Shown: positions 12,400 to 25,683, counted from the stretch's first letter. The stretch is 64,000 nt of DNA from Chiloscyllium plagiosum (GCF_004010195.1 NC_057713.1:22560703-22624702); one strand, 5' to 3'. Notes: generated from the sequence alone by a model not told the origin. Made by a program: numbers and translations.

Positions 12400-13690
12400 A
12401 TAGTAAATAATGACAAATATAACAGCATACTTTAGGTATACAGATTGATGAAATAGATAGACATACGACAAAGTTAATTTAACACAGTGGAGTGTCGGTT
12501 GATTCATATTTGTCAGAAGAATAGTGTGATGATGCAGTCACTTTAAGAGGTTATTTCATCCTACTTTTTTTTTTGAAGAGAGGTTGTAAGGCAGAGGCAC
12601 TGAGCTGTCTACTGAAGACCTGTTGAGTAAACAGCTCGGGTGGCCTTGGGTTTTTTTAATAGCCTAAATGGATGTGGCCAGGTCTCACAGACCCAGATTT
12701 CTGGGTTTCAGTTTTTTCAGTAACATCAGAAGATATTGAGATCTCAAAAGAATTGGAGACTTCAGTGAATATCTCTTGGCTGCTACTATCTCTAAATCTT
12801 CTCTTGATTTTATTTTCTTCCTGGATTTGAGAACTTCCTGTGAGAATCTGAATTTTCCTTTTTACCAAGGGGTGTGTTTATGGGATGTTGCTATAATGGA
12901 ACAAGTTAATTATAGTTACTGTATCTATTATTCCATTACATTTCCAATCTGTTAAATTGTTCTAAATTTCTCACGTAGTATTTTAACTACAGTGTTTAAA
13001 TAAATTGTGTTTTGTTTGACATCGAGTAGTTTGACCAGTTGTATTGTATTATTTTACATTTACCTTTTAAAATAAGAAAATGTTAGGGTCTAAACTACCT
13101 CCCAAAATATTTTTGAGGGGGCCTGATCTAGTCCATAACAATAGGAGGAGGTGATATAAACTAAAATTCCAATTTTAAACTGTGCGTAGGAGCAGATGGA
13201 GTATCCCATACCTCTGAATGTGGCACGTCTTTTCAACAGCAAATAATTTCTTTAAAGTAGCAAATTGATGAAGTTATGCCAAACCATGAGAAGTCATGAG
13301 GACAGATTTAAAGGCCTTAATGAAAATGGTTCAGGACTTCAATTATGTGGAGCAGCTACATTAGAGCTCAGACTAGAGAAAGGGATGATTCAGTGGCTGG
13401 GTTCAAAGTAGGAGTAACTGAGGAGAAACTATTTTTACTAGTAGCATACTCCATCTCCAAAGAGCACAGATTTATGAAATGGGTAAAAGTACGAGATGAT
13501 ATGTTAATTTTATTTATATAACAAGTTCTTCGGCTCTGAAATCGACTGAATGGAGGACAGTGGAAGCAAATGCAACAAAAGAGAAAACATGGGACATGGA
13601 AAGCTGATTGGAACTGATTGGAAAAGCTTTTCCAATGAATGTAGATAATGGCTTGAATAATCTCCTTCTGTGATCCTATTATTTCTACAA
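12400..13690 (+). mobile_element. Old CR1 ORF2/3' remnant hosting the solo LTR
   Basis: Flanks read across the LTR as CR1 RT (aatttaacacag..gattcatatttg..aagaatag | gaggag..tataaactaaa); 3' UTR gaatggcttgaataatctccttctg-like at about 13650. Confidence 0.55.
12525..13140. mobile_element. Solo LTR (TG...CA) with 4-bp TSD ATAG, inserted in an old CR1
   Basis: atag|TGTGATG...CCATAACA|atag; homologous to 40579-41168, especially at the 3' end. Confidence 0.85.
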
Positions 13691-13805
13691 CACTTCGTGT
13701 TGCTCCTAATCAATTCAGTGTTGCAAAGTGACTATTCCTGAAACCAAGCCCTCAATGATACTTTGAAAGCACCTGCCCACTGGTAAACAAATATGTTTAT
13801 ATTGT

Positions 13806-13888
13806 GTTATAGTCCAACAGGTTTACACCTGGTGTTGTGTGATTTTTAACTTGTACACCCCAGTCCAATACTGGCACCTCCAAATCAT
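13806..13888 (+). mobile_element. Collapsed Penelope-like fold-back element (same family as 25465)
   Basis: gttatagtccaacaggttta joined to acctggtgttgtgtgattttt...ccccagtccaa..ggcacctccaaatcat; the central palindrome is missing. Confidence 0.75.
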
Positions 13889-15639
13889 GGCTTATGTTGT
13901 AGCTTTGGAGTGACAGAGTTACTCAGGTCACAGAATGAAATGCCAGAATGGCTAATCAGTTTCCTATTGCAAACACCATTGACCTTGATGAACACAAATT
14001 GTAGTTAGCTTTGTACAGAAATGCACAATGTCATTATTGATGTTGCATCACTGTCTTTACAGAATGTTCAATTCTCTAATGTTGTTCTCACCTTTAGACA
14101 AGGTTGCACTGGTTCATACTGCGGTAAATCTAGCATTTGTTGTCGCACAGAACTACCCAATATCAAATATAAAGCAGAATCTTTGTAACAGTTTTATTGA
14201 TTGATCTGGAAACTAAGCCTGTTGGAAAACTCACAAAAAAATGTATTTCTTTTGAAGATGGACCAGCAGGACAAAATTGCCTGATGAATTGAGATACTTT
14301 AACCTTGAAATGACTGTAATTTAGTGAAAACACTTAACACATTGTCATGATATTCCATTGTCAATTATTTTAATATGGCACTAATTGATTTCAGTGGATT
14401 GATGCCTGCTTCAATAAGAAAGACAAAGAAAATTGTGTGAAAACTAAGTAGATTCACAGGCCAATATTGCACACAGTATTACTGAGGATCTTGCATCTTG
14501 ATCATTTGTTTAATTACATTGAAATCTGTCTTGAAGGCCATCTGCTCAGAAACCTGTAATCTGATTAATCAGACCTGAATTTCTGTGTGCAGTCTATTCT
14601 TGGAGACCCTATGATGTTGATCTTGAAGGTGATTATTGTTGACACATTTTTCTTGTTGTCAAGTGCAAATTGAACGATGTAATTTTCAATTGAAATATCA
14701 TGCAATTAGAATTCAGTAAAGAACATCTATCAATCACTGCACTATAAGTATGGAATAAAATGCTTTGCAAAATGTAGAAGAGTGTGAAAGCGTTACATAC
14801 AATATTAGATCAACACCACATTTAAAACTAATGAAAATTGTGACTGGCATTCTTCTCATAAAATGAAGAATATTATTTCTATTGATGAAGGACAAATTGG
14901 AAGGGGGAAGGTAGAGGAGAAGTGAGACACTTTTAAAATAGAACATTGTAGGGACTTAGGGTGGTAGAAATTTATCATTTGTCTGAGATTTTTCCATTGA
15001 ATATTTTTGATATTTCATTTTCATTTTATTGGAAAGAAGGTATTCTGAACAGAAAGGGGAGTATAAAAAATTACTGCATTTAAGAATGTTTTAATTGTAA
15101 AGATTGAGTGGTGATATGATCAACTGAGCTGCAAAGAAAGTTAAATGGTGAAAATGACATACAGATATAATGTTTTTACATCATTGTGGAATGAAATGTA
15201 AATTCATAGCAGCCTTGACACACACAGTTGATCTCAGCATACTGCTGAGATCTTGATCTTGTCTGTACCACAGTTAAATAGAGATATTAAATAGATGCCA
15301 GACAATTTCCCACTCATCTTCCCACCCCATCGCTACCATCATTGACATGGAAAATCTGAATGACTCATGCGTGTCCCAGCAGTAGCCTTGTTGCAGCAGA
15401 AGCTTGGGAGTCGACCATTTTTTCAATTTCTTAATTATAATCTTGACAGGGAAAGGAACAGAGATAGTTTTTTTTTCTCTATCAGAATTGATTAGGATTA
15501 GTTTAATTCAGTGGTTATCTGTGCTGTTGATTAGTTTCAAAGCAAAAATGGTGTAATAAGGCGTGTATCAAAACAGTTTATTTTTCTTATTTTTAAACCC
15601 CTAAACTCATAAGAGAATGTGTATTGGCACTTTAATACT

Positions 15640-15694
15640 GGGGGGAAGGGTGGGGGGGGGGGGAAGACAGTGGGGTGGGGGTGGGGGTGGGAGG
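15640..15694 (+). repeat. G-rich tract, G-quadruplex-capable
   Basis: Seven runs of at least 3 G: ggggggaagggtggggggggggggaagacagtggggtgggggtgggggtggg. Confidence 0.7.
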
Positions 15695-16176
15695 TCACTC
15701 ATTATTCGTACTCTTAACAATGTCTGTCAGGTACATGCGGTGTTTTTTCATGAACACAGCTTGATAGAACACCAACAATTTATTTCCCTCCTATCACTAA
15801 ATCACATTACACCTATATGTATCTATCACAATCACTTACTTAACGATGATTTAATAGTGAAAGCAGTACTGTTATTGAGAAATCACCTATAGGAATTGTT
15901 TACTTTTCTCAGTTATGGATATTTCTACTGTCAGTCTCTTGCTAATCAATAAAGCTTTCAGCCCTGGAAGTACAGAGTAAGATTGGTACAGCAGATAGCA
16001 GATTTGTTGGGCAAAATGGCCTCTGTCTGCTCTGGAGGCATTCTGTGAACAGCTCAAGGTATTGTAAGTGCTTGAGTCTGCTCTGAAGCTCAGCTAAATT
16101 GTGGCTGATCTGTACATTACCTCCATTTACCTATTTTTGTTCCATATTCCTTGATACCTCTACCCATTGTAAATAT

Positions 16177-17526
16177 ATAGAGTCATAGAGATGTACAGAC
16201 CCTTTGGTCCAACCCATCCATGCCGACTAGATATCCCAAACCAATCTAGTCCCACCTGCCAGCACCCGGCCCATATCCCTCCAAATCCTTCCTATTCATA
16301 TACCCATCCAAATGCTTCTTAAATGTTGCAATTGTACCAGTCTCCACCACTTCCTCTGGCAGCTCATTTCATACACGTATCACCCTCTGTGTGAAAAAGT
16401 TACCTCTTAGGTCTCTTTTATATCTTTCCCCTCTCACCCTAAACCTATGCCCTCTAGTTCTGGATTCCCCGACCCCAGGGAAAAGACTTTGTCTTTTATC
16501 CTATCCATGCCCCTCATAATTTTGTAAACCTCTATAAGGTCACTCCTCAGCTTCCGACACTCCAGGGAAAATAGTTCCAGCCAGTTCAGCCTCTCCCTAT
16601 AGCTCAAATCCTCCAACCCTGGCAACATCCTTGTAAATCTTTTCTGAACCCGTTCAAGTTTCACAACATCTTTCCGATAGGAAGGAGACTAGAATTGCAC
16701 AGAATATTCCAACAGTGGCCTAACCAATGTCCTGTACAACTGCAACATGACCTCCAACTCCTGTACTCAATATTCAGTCCAACAAAGGAAAGCATACCAA
16801 ACGCCTTCTTCACTATTCTGTCTACCTGCAACTCCACTTTCAAGGAGCTATGAACCTGCACTCCAAAGTCTCTTTGTTCAGCAACACTCCCTAGGATCTT
16901 ACCATTAAGTGTATAAGTCCTGCTAAGATTTGCTTTCTCAAAATGCAGCACCTCGCATTTATCTGAATTAAATTCCATCTGCCATTTCTTAGCCCATTGA
17001 TCCATCTGATCACGATCCCGTTGTAATCTCAGGTAACCTTCTTCACTGTCCACCATACCTCCAATTTTGGTGTCATCTGCAAACTTATTAACTGTACCTC
17101 TTATGCTCGCATCCAAATCATTTATACAAATGACAAAAATTAGAGGGCCCAGCACTGATCCTTGTGACACTCCACTGGTCTCAGGCCTCCAGTCTGAAAA
17201 ACAACCCTCCACCACCACCCTCTGTCTTCTACCTTTGAGCCAGTTCTGTATCCAAATGGCTAGTTTCCCCTGTACTCCGTGAGATCTAAACTTGCAAACC
17301 AGTCTCCTTGCAAACCTTGTCGAATGCCTCACTGAAGTCCATATAGATCACGTCTACTGCTCTGACCTCATTGATCCTCTTTGTTACTTCTTCACAAAAC
17401 TCAATTAAGTTTGTGAGACATGATTTCCCATGCACAAAGCCATGTTGACCATCCCTAATCTGTCCTTGCCTTTTCAAATATATGTACATCCTGTCCCTCA
17501 GGATTCCCTTCAACAATTTGCCCACT
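16177..17526 (-). mobile_element. Young 5'-truncated CR1 (HER1-like) LINE, frameshifted RT
   Basis: ORFs 17286-17525, 16661-17332 and 16434-16664(-) give QHGF..GKSCLTNLIEF, DVIYMDFS.AFDKV, GVSQGSVLGP, KFADDTKIGG, LERVQKRFTRM; tail GACTCTAT on the minus strand. Confidence 0.97.
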
Positions 17527-17719
17527 ACTTAAATGAAATTATTTTTTCTTTAAAGCAATTGGGGACACCCAGCAAGTAAAGAAAGTACCGAGAACCTTTC
17601 TACATCTTATAGGCATCACATATTGTGCACTTCAGCTGTCCCATCTCTCACACTAAACTTTGCAGATCTTAAAACTCACAAAATTAAATCCCCTCAATCT
17701 CATTTTTGTTCATTTAGAC

Positions 17720-17855
17720 CTTGCTGTGCATAAACTGGCTGAAACATTTGCAAACATTGCAACAGTGACTACGTTTTTAACAACTTGATTTGTGTAAAGT
17801 TTTGGGACGCCTGTTGCTATCAAAGACGATTGGTAAATGTAAGTCTTTCTCTTCT
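17720..17855 (+). mobile_element. SacSINE1-like 3' fragment (similar fragments at about 10240-10365 +, 42550-42750 -, 55890-56000 -)
   Basis: ttgctgtgcataaactggct...aacagtgactac...tgtaaagttttgggac...aaatgtaagtctttc, shared with the 3' part of 33340-33685. Confidence 0.6.
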
Positions 17856-18124
17856 GAAAGGGTCACTTGCTTATTTTTGCATTGCACCTCCTTTGAGATA
17901 AAGGCCCAACATGCCATTAGATTACTTGCAGACATTTTGTTCTTGCGTACCTGTTCTTCGTGACTTTTATACATAGAAACCTACATTGCTCTGCTCTTCC
18001 CAAGTTGTTAATCTCATAATTATGAAAATATTTTGACATAGTCTGGAACTGATGACCTTGCATTTTCTCAAATTTAAATCTTATGTGTACACTAATTTTT
18101 TTCTTGTCCTTTTTATGTCCATGT

Positions 18125-18741
18125 TAGACCATAAGACATAGGAGCAGAAATTAGGCCATTCAGCCCATTGTGCCTGCTCCACCATTTAATCATGGCTGAT
18201 AAGTTTCTCAACTCCATTCTCCTGCTTTCTCCCTGTAACCCTTGATCCCCTTGATATTCAAGAACCTATCTATCTCCATCTAAAATATACTCAGTGACCT
18301 GGCCTCCACAGCCTTCTGTGGCAATGAATTCCAATGATTCACCCTCTCTGGCTGAAGAAATTTCTCCTTTTCTCTATACTAAAAGGTTTTCCGTTTACTC
18401 TAAGGCTATGCACTCAGGTCCTAGTCTGTCCTACCAATGGAAACATCTTCCCAACGTCTACTCTGTCCAGGCCATTCAGTATTCTGTATGTTTCAATTAG
18501 ATCCCCTCCCACCCATCAAAACTGCATTGAGTATAAAACCAGACTCTTCAAATGTTCTTGGCTATTCACACTATCTGTGCCCCTCACAATTTTATAAGGT
18601 CACCCCTCGGCCTCTTAGGCTCCAGGGAAAAAAAGTCCCAGCCTATTCAGCCTCTTCTTATAAGTCAAACCCTACAGTCCTGGTCCTTCATAAATCTTTT
18701 TTGCATCCTTTCCAATTTAGTACCATCTTTCCTATAGCAGG
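18125..18741 (-). mobile_element. Two abutting CR1 3' fragments of different subfamilies (junction about 18558)
   Basis: 18125-18557 resembles 1055-1500; 18558-18741 resembles 16490-16690. Confidence 0.85.
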
Positions 18742-18835
18742 GATTTTTCTGATTTTATTTCAGAAACTTACTATATTATTATTTTCTCTTGGAAATCTTC
18801 ATGCCATCTTTTACCAGTCATTTTGGGTGAGAAAG

Positions 18836-19205
18836 TGATGTCATGGTAATCTCATTGGACTAGTTGTCCAGAGGCCCATTTTAGTGCTGTATAGGCATTC
18901 ACATCCCACAAGTGTGCTGGTAAAATATATAGTAAATGCAAATAATAAACCTGGAAGTAAGAACTAACCTAAAAGTTACCACAAAACCATTGTTGATAAG
19001 CATAAAAAAGTGTCTGGTTCACTGGTATCATTTAAGGTAGGTAATCTACCAACATTGGTCTGTCTTATATTTATTTCCAGACCCACAACAGTGTAGTTGA
19101 CTGTAAGTGCTCTCTGAAATAGCTTGGAAAAGCAGTTCAGTTCAGAGGAAATCAGGAACTGACAATAAATTCTGGCCTTACTGGTGAAATCTATATCACA
19201 TGAAA
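18836..19205 (+). mobile_element. tRNA-derived SINE family B, decayed
   Basis: tggtaat..tggactagt..ccagagg head; tctggttcact; ccagacccacaaca; caataaattctggcct tail; homologous to 56590-56930. Confidence 0.7.
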
Positions 19206-19214
19206 GACGAAAAC

Positions 19215-19995
19215 TTAAAATCTCTTTCTTCTGACTATTCTGCCACTGGAAGCAATTTCAATAAATGTACTGTTTCAAAATTGTGTTCATCATTTTGGAC
19301 AATCTTTAAAAAATCCTGTTCACATTTTTAGTGTGCAAGTAAAGCCCAGTTTCTCCTGTCTCTCCACAGAACTGAAGTCCTTATTATCCCATTGCCAATC
19401 CAGTATGTCTCTTTAGCACCTTCTGTAAGGCATTGACATCCTTCCTAAAGTGTTGTGTTCAGAACTGAATAATACTCCAGTTGAGGTCTTAGAAGCGTTC
19501 TTTAAGTGTTTTTGTTCAGAATCCTAGCTTTTGCACTTGTGGCCTCCATTAATAAGGACAATGACGCCATATGTTTTTAAACAGCCTTCCTTTGTTTTGC
19601 CACCATGAAAGATTTTTCCATGCTTCCCTGTTCCTGTCCTTCTTCTAATTTTGTCTCATTTACTTTAAATTAATTTTTCTTGTGCTTCCCACCAGTGTGC
19701 ATTACTTAACACATTACTGTCAAATTTCATCTGTTCTGTGTTTGTTCATTTTTTATATCAAAGAGAACAATGTTCCCTGGTGATTTCTGGAGAATACTAC
19801 TGTATGCTTCCCTCTGACCTTGGAAGAGTAAGAATTCACCACTGCTCTTTGCTTTAATTCTCTTAGCAAGGTTTGCATCCAGAATTCCTCAGTCCATTCT
19901 GATTGACCTCTATTTTATTTTATTTGAAAGTCTAACATTGGGGTATTTTGTCGTTCTCCTTATGAAAGTCCATATATGTAACATCATCCACACTA
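19215..19995 (-). mobile_element. Old CR1 ORF2 remnant
   Basis: gacatccttcctaaagtg..cagaactgaataatactccagttgaggtct; aaatttcatctg; gaaagtccatata..acatc. Confidence 0.6.
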
Positions 19996-20611
19996 CCTCC
20001 CCAGTCACATTCTCGGTGTAAATGTGTACAGAAACATTCCAAACCTTCCCATCTGCTTACAGACCTCAATCCATCACTGCTTCAATTTCCTGCCTTTCTG
20101 ACAGGCAAAACAATATCTGCCTTGCTGACAGAGAAATCAGAGAGGCCTGTCTTCCATGTCAGATGAGGGTCTGTATTTGCATTAATTTGGAGACACTACA
20201 AGATGGAAAAAATGGGCCAAGTGGCTATCCCAAGATGGGCTATCCCATCTGTATCTCTGACTCGCTGACTCCCATCTCTCACTGTGTTCCACACCACACC
20301 CCCCCACCCCCCCCAACCAACAAAAAAATATTTACCTTCTTGCCAGTGTGAGTCTTCCTGACTTCACAGCCTGGATCTTTGTTCATGATCTCCAGCTGCC
20401 AATGGCTGCTGATCTCTGAGGACCAGCAACTTCAGACAGGGCAGGATGTTACTGGTGAGACAACTGATAGGTCTAAGAAGCCTATTCGTCAGGACTTACC
20501 TGTCAAATTGGTGCCTGATCCAGTGGCCCTACTTGCATTTGGGAGTAGAGAATGGTTACCAGTTGAAGGCACCCACCCCCGCACCTAGTACGTTTACATA
20601 AAATAACAGCC

Positions 20612-20725
20612 ACAATGGCTCTTGTGTGGTGATAGTGCCCTATCTCTGACTCAGGAAACCTGGATTCAAGTCCTACCTGTTCCAGAAATAGGTAGTAGTA
20701 TTTTTGAGCAGGTTGATTAAAAAGC
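20612..20725 (+). mobile_element. Short tRNA-derived SINE
   Basis: A-box-like gtgtggtgatagtg, B-box-like ggattcaagtcctacc, tail gcaggttgattaaaa. Confidence 0.5.
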
Positions 20726-21547
20726 ATACAAATAATAACCATTTGCTCTTCCTATTTCTTCAATTCCTTTTCTCAAATTTCCTATGAGCTTTGGAATTCA
20801 GCTTGATTCTGTACTATACTATGTAGCATAATTCTTTGCAGAATTTTATTTGATGTTCCAAAACGTACAGATGCATGCGCAATGTGGATTATTATCTGAT
20901 GCTGGAATGGAAAATTTAGTGTTTAGGCCATAATGTTATACGAATAATCAGATGCATTAAATCTTTGCTGAGGGTCTAGCTTTATTTTCTCTTTTCAATG
21001 GTTAGATGTAATTTGCAGATATTAACAATGAAAACAAACCTGTATGTCTCCTTATTTGAATGAATGTAAAATTATATTTGGGTGAAACTGAACCACAAAG
21101 AATTGTAATTACAGAAATTCAAGGCAGATGTTCCCTCATTCATGAATAATGTTGGTATTCAAGGGGGTCTGTAGAAGTAGGCAACAATATTGAGACATTT
21201 AAGTTCTTTGTGGAAAAGTATTTGAAAACATATTGCTTACCTTTTGGAAAATTGTTGGAATAAGTGACTGCAATATCTTTAAAATTCATCTGAGAGATAG
21301 TTTTATAGTTTTCTTAAACTAACCTAGACAAATGGAGGCAATAAATTTGGAAAATAACCATTGAGATTTGCAGCCATCTTTCAGGATACGCGTGTATACA
21401 GGTACTCTTGTTTCCACTTTCAACATGAGAGGCTACTCGTAAATTAAGTTATAAACAACAAATGCCAGACATCTGTTGGAGGCCCTTCAACCTTGAAGAG
21501 AGGGATAAAAGGCTACTGTTTCTGATGAAGAGCATGCACTATCTAAT

Positions 21548-21812
21548 GGGTGGCACAGTTGCTCAATGATTAGCACTGCTGCCTCACAGCACCAGGGACC
21601 TGGGTTTGATTCCACTCTCAGGTGACTGTCTGTGTGGAATTTGCACATCCTCTCTGTGTTTATGGGCTTCCTCCCATACACCAAAGATATGCAGGTTAGA
21701 TTGGTTACGGGAAATGTCAGGTTATGAGATGGGTCTGGGTGGGGTGCTCTTTAGAGGGGCAGTGTGGACATGATGGGCCAAATAGCCTGCTTCCAAACTG
21801 CAGGGATTCTAT
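21548..21812 (+). mobile_element. HE1-type SINE, older copy
   Basis: gggtggcacagttgctcaatgattagcactgctgcctcacagc...gggtttgattcc...cagggattctat tail. Confidence 0.88.
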
Positions 21813-23397
21813 CACCATCTGGCCTCTTACTTATTAGTCAACCATTTTCCTATCTTTCCAAGTTCAATGTAATAGAGGGAGAGCTCTATAGAGGTAAGGG
21901 TGGAATACTTTTCAGCAAGCAATATCTAACATGTGCTATCCCATGATATTACCTATGGGAGGGTGATTAAGAATCTGATGAATGGCTGTGATGTTTAATT
22001 GTAAATTTGTTCTGCCCCTTTACTCCTAATAGGTGCATCCAATAAATTGTAGCTGCTGAAACCTACCAACAATCAGTCAGCATAGAGTTGTTGCTGATTT
22101 TAAATGTCACTGTCTCAGTTCTAACTGTTTTTTGTTCTGATAGTTTTTGTTGGAACAGTATGTGATATCTGAAGTATGATGAATGTCAACTGGATGTAAA
22201 ATTTTACCATTCTGCTGATCAGTGCATTTTGGGATTGCATGCAGGCAGTATTAGAATATGCATTGAGTATGGACGAGACAATGTTCTGGAGCAGCGTGTC
22301 GTTGGAGAAGAGCAAACAGATGTGTTCAGGATCCATTTTAGAGATATGAATTCTAACTTTATTTTTGTCTTGCATTGTAAATTGCTGTATCCCACATTTA
22401 TTATGTAAAACTTGCATACTGTAATTACTGTGACAATGCTGGCATTGCAGCACCTCCACTGAAGGGGCAGGGAGTGGGTTGTAGAAAGTGCAGTTAATGC
22501 CTAACCAGTTTTTATATAACCAGTTTTCATTATAAATGTTAACATCAAAATTATAATGGAAACTAGAATGACAGGAAATGTGCACAGATGTTAGATGCCT
22601 CCTATTTTAGGAATGGAAATGGCTTGCAGAGCAATGATCAGACAATTATACAGTCACCTCGACTGTTAGTTGATTGTCACTTATATTTTTAAACAAACAA
22701 CATTTAATAATAACAGCATGAGCAGATACCCAATTTGAAACTATCTTGGCTTCTTGGAAACCACCCACAAGAAGATGGAGTTTTCTGCCTGACTTTCACT
22801 CTTTGCCCAACACGACACAATTCATCTCTTTAATGTCCCTTATTGTTTGCGAGTGGTTGATGAGGATCTCAGCAAGTTAGAGAAACTGCAAAGTGTAGAG
22901 AATTTTTTCCTTCACTCTACTGGGTTATGTTTGTTTTATTTTTATATCACTTCCATGGAGCACATTGAAGACAACACGATAAATAATTTGGTATCAATCT
23001 GCGCAGGGCAAGAAGGCCCCAGCTTTGAATCTTACTCAGTGTTGAATAAGTTGACATTTGGTGGCTGGCCACCCTACTCCAGAGAAGGAGAGGAAAATAT
23101 CAGCCTGGCTTCACCTGTTTGATTTAACCCTTTGCCAAAAAATATAATTGCAAAAACATTGGAAGCAGGCGGATCAAGTATTGTGTCAGTGCATTTTGTT
23201 GATACTGAATGGTATATGCGCAAGATCTGAACAAATCAACAGAAAGCTGTCGCATAAAACTAATTATATAAAAAAAGTTATTTTTATAGATGGATATCTT
23301 TCATAAGAGAAACCTCTGCGAGCGTGTTTAAGGGAAAAAAATAAATCTGCAAACTGAAACAGAAACCTATCTTGGGAGGTCAACCAATTGCAGAATC

Positions 23398-23523
23398 TGA
23401 AACAAAACCAGAAATTGCTGGAGAAACTCAACAGGTCTGGCAGCATCTGTGGAGAGGGAAACAGAGTTAATGCTTTGAGCCTGCTTCAGTTCTGACGTTT
23501 CTCCAGCAACTTCTGTTCTTTGT
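23398..23523. mobile_element. Penelope-like pLTR remnant with inverted ends
   Basis: cagaaattgctggagaaac ... gtttctccagcaacttctg; ggtctggcagcatctgtggagag shared with 42900, 46830 and 51260. Confidence 0.7.
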
Positions 23524-24344
23524 ATCTTTCGAGGAACTTAGGGCAAGGCTTTTGGGTGGACTTCTGAACTCGATCGGCAGGTTGAAATGTCAGTCAGAAC
23601 CCTGGGCTGTGGTCAATGATTAGCCTTTTAGCCAGGCAGCCAATTAATGGCTCAAGAGTGGGCTTGTTATCTTATTAAGGATGGCAGGCCAGCCCTCAAA
23701 GTTAGAGGGACCATGACTGATAACAAGGCCACGTAAAAGTAGTGTGGCAGCTGGGGGGTGGGGTCTTAACAAGGCAGCCTTCAGCTACTGAGGCAAAGTG
23801 ACCTACGTAGAGTGCTAAATCAGCCCAATCTCTCTCCCACCCACTTCCCTCCCCATCCCCTTTCCCACTGCACAGTTAAACAGACGTCCACTGCTCATAG
23901 GGATGTGGAAATTGACCCAGAAAAATCCTAGCTGATCTTTAAAAACCTAATTGATTAGACACTGTATGTGGGCAGATAGCATTGTCACTCCTTCATCGTT
24001 CCCATTAGTCCCCTCAAGCCCCACAAAAATGAGATGCAACCAAGGAATCGGCACTCAGGCTTGTGGTGCTCTTTTTATTTTTGCTTCCTGGACTCAGCAC
24101 AACCTAAAACTCAAGCCTTTTCTCTCTTGTTATGTGCCACATCAAAGATTTAACGTCAATTAACTTGATGGTCTAGCAAATGTCACATGATATAAACACA
24201 GCGATTTTCCCCAGATACTTTAACATGCTGTAGAAAAATTTCATTACATCATGTTTTAAAGCTTGATAGTGATAATTAATTTCATGAAAGTATTCACTGA
24301 GAGCTTTGATTTCTAACAGCTTCTTCATTCTGGCTTTCTCCTAG

Positions 24345-24448
24345 AACATGGACAAAGTGATCCTGCCTTCGGTCACTCTAATTGTTGGCTGTGGAGTTTC
24401 CTCGTTGACTCTCCTACTGCTAATCATTATTTATGTATCTGTCTGGAG
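24345..24448 (+). CDS. ADGRB1: ADGRB1 coding exon: TM1, [34 protein letters not shown](R)
   Basis: ctttctcctag acceptor, GAG|gtaatg donor; 104 nt, phase 0 to 2. Matches recalled human BAI1 [35 protein letters not shown]. Confidence 0.97.
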
Positions 24449-24679
24449 GTAATGATATGGCATTTTGTTTTATTAATGAAACTGAATTGCACCTTATTTT
24501 CATGAGATTATATTGTGGTTGGCAAAGTCTGACATAATTCACAGCTTTTGATCCAATGAGGATGGCCTTGACTGAAGAGGTCATTATGAAGAATATAAAT
24601 CCATTACCGTGATAAAAATGTCTTAAGGATTTTTTCCAAGACACATGTCTTTTTTGACCTCTTGATCCAGAGATTCATG

Positions 24680-25410
24680 TTAGTAAAAAGAACATACTGA
24701 GGCAATATGAAATAAAATTGTAAAGTTGTTACAAGGACAGAGAGGTGTGGTTAATATGTGCATAAATCATTGAAGGTCATGAGCATGATTAATAAAACAA
24801 TACAGCATCCTAGGCTTTATAGATATAGATATCAAGTACTAAATCAAGATATTATGTTAAACTTGCATTAAACACTGATTCAGCCTCAGCTGAAGTGTTG
24901 TGTCTATTTCTGGGCACAGCCCTTGAGGAAGGATGTGTAGTCATCAGAGAGGGTGCAGAAAAGATTCATGAGAATGATTGCAGGGATGAGGAACTTCAGT
25001 TACAGAGACAGATTGGAGAAATTGGACTCATTTTTCTTGGAGGTGATTGAGAAGAAATTTCGGAGAGATATTCAAAATTACGAGGGATTGGGACGAAGAA
25101 GGTAGCAAAAACTTTTCCATTGGTGGAAGAATTGAGAACAAGAGAGCCCAGGTTTAAGGTAATTGACAAAAGGACCAGTTAAGAAGAATTTATCAATGCA
25201 GTGAGTGGTTGTGATATGGAATGCACTGTCTGAGAAGCCAGGGTGAAGCGAGGCATTCAGAGGGGATTGAATTAGTCTCTGAACAGGAAAACATCATGCA
25301 CAGTTAAAGGGAAAAGGTAGGGAACTAGGATTCATTGAATTGCTTCTTTAAATGAATGGGTATAACAAACAAAATGGCCACTTTGTTTTCTGTACACATT
25401 ATGTGATTCT
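24680..25410 (+). mobile_element. Old CR1 ORF2/3' fragment
   Basis: gagagggtgcagaaaagattcatgagaatgatt (ERVQKRFMRMI), tggaatgcactgtctgaga. Confidence 0.8.
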
Positions 25411-25464
25411 GAGCTGTAACAATGAACAAATAACTTGCTCTCAGCCCTAGTCAATACCACCATT

Positions 25465-25683
25465 AAAGTGAAAAATCACACACCAGGTTATAGTCCAACA
25501 GGTTTAATTGGAAGCACACTAGCTTTTGGAGCGACGCTCCTTCATCAGGTGACACTATCACTTGATGAAGGAGCGTCGCTCCGAAAGCTACTGTGCTTCC
25601 AATTAAACTTGTTGGACTATAACCTGGTGTTGTGATTTTTAACTTTGTACACCCCAGTCCAACACCGGCATCTCCAAATCATG
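25465..25683 (+). mobile_element. Penelope-like fold-back element (family 2) with 12-bp TSD
   Basis: Inverted arms about 25465-25552 and 25558-25646 plus a unique 3' tail; TSD ACCATTAAAGTG at 25459-25470 and 25684-25695. Confidence 0.85.
25558..25595 (+). ncRNA. Minimal hammerhead ribozyme motif, inactivated (mirror copy on the minus strand at about 25515-25552)
   Basis: cac-tTGATGA-a-GGAGC-gtc-GCTCC-GAAA-GC-TA has C3 to U; the minus copy cac-CTGATGA-a-GGAGC-gtc-GCTCC-aAAA-GCTA-gtg has G12 to A. Confidence 0.65.

Noticed and set aside
16434-17525. 223-aa RT-like ORF and neighbours as a functional or domesticated reverse transcriptase
   Set aside because: 5'-truncated CR1 ORF2 broken by frameshifts and a deletion, ending in a typical CR1 tail.
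20020-20590. GC-richer patches here and at about 3480-3990, 9750-9990, 23540-24050, 49300-49870 and 54400-54660
   Set aside because: They look like very old unclassified repeats; no reliable termini, TSD or coding motif, so not called.
22121-22585. 154-aa minus-strand ORF and the other non-TE ORFs in the track
   Set aside because: No recognisable domain, composition of random AT-rich DNA and no splice-consistent partners; treated as chance ORFs.
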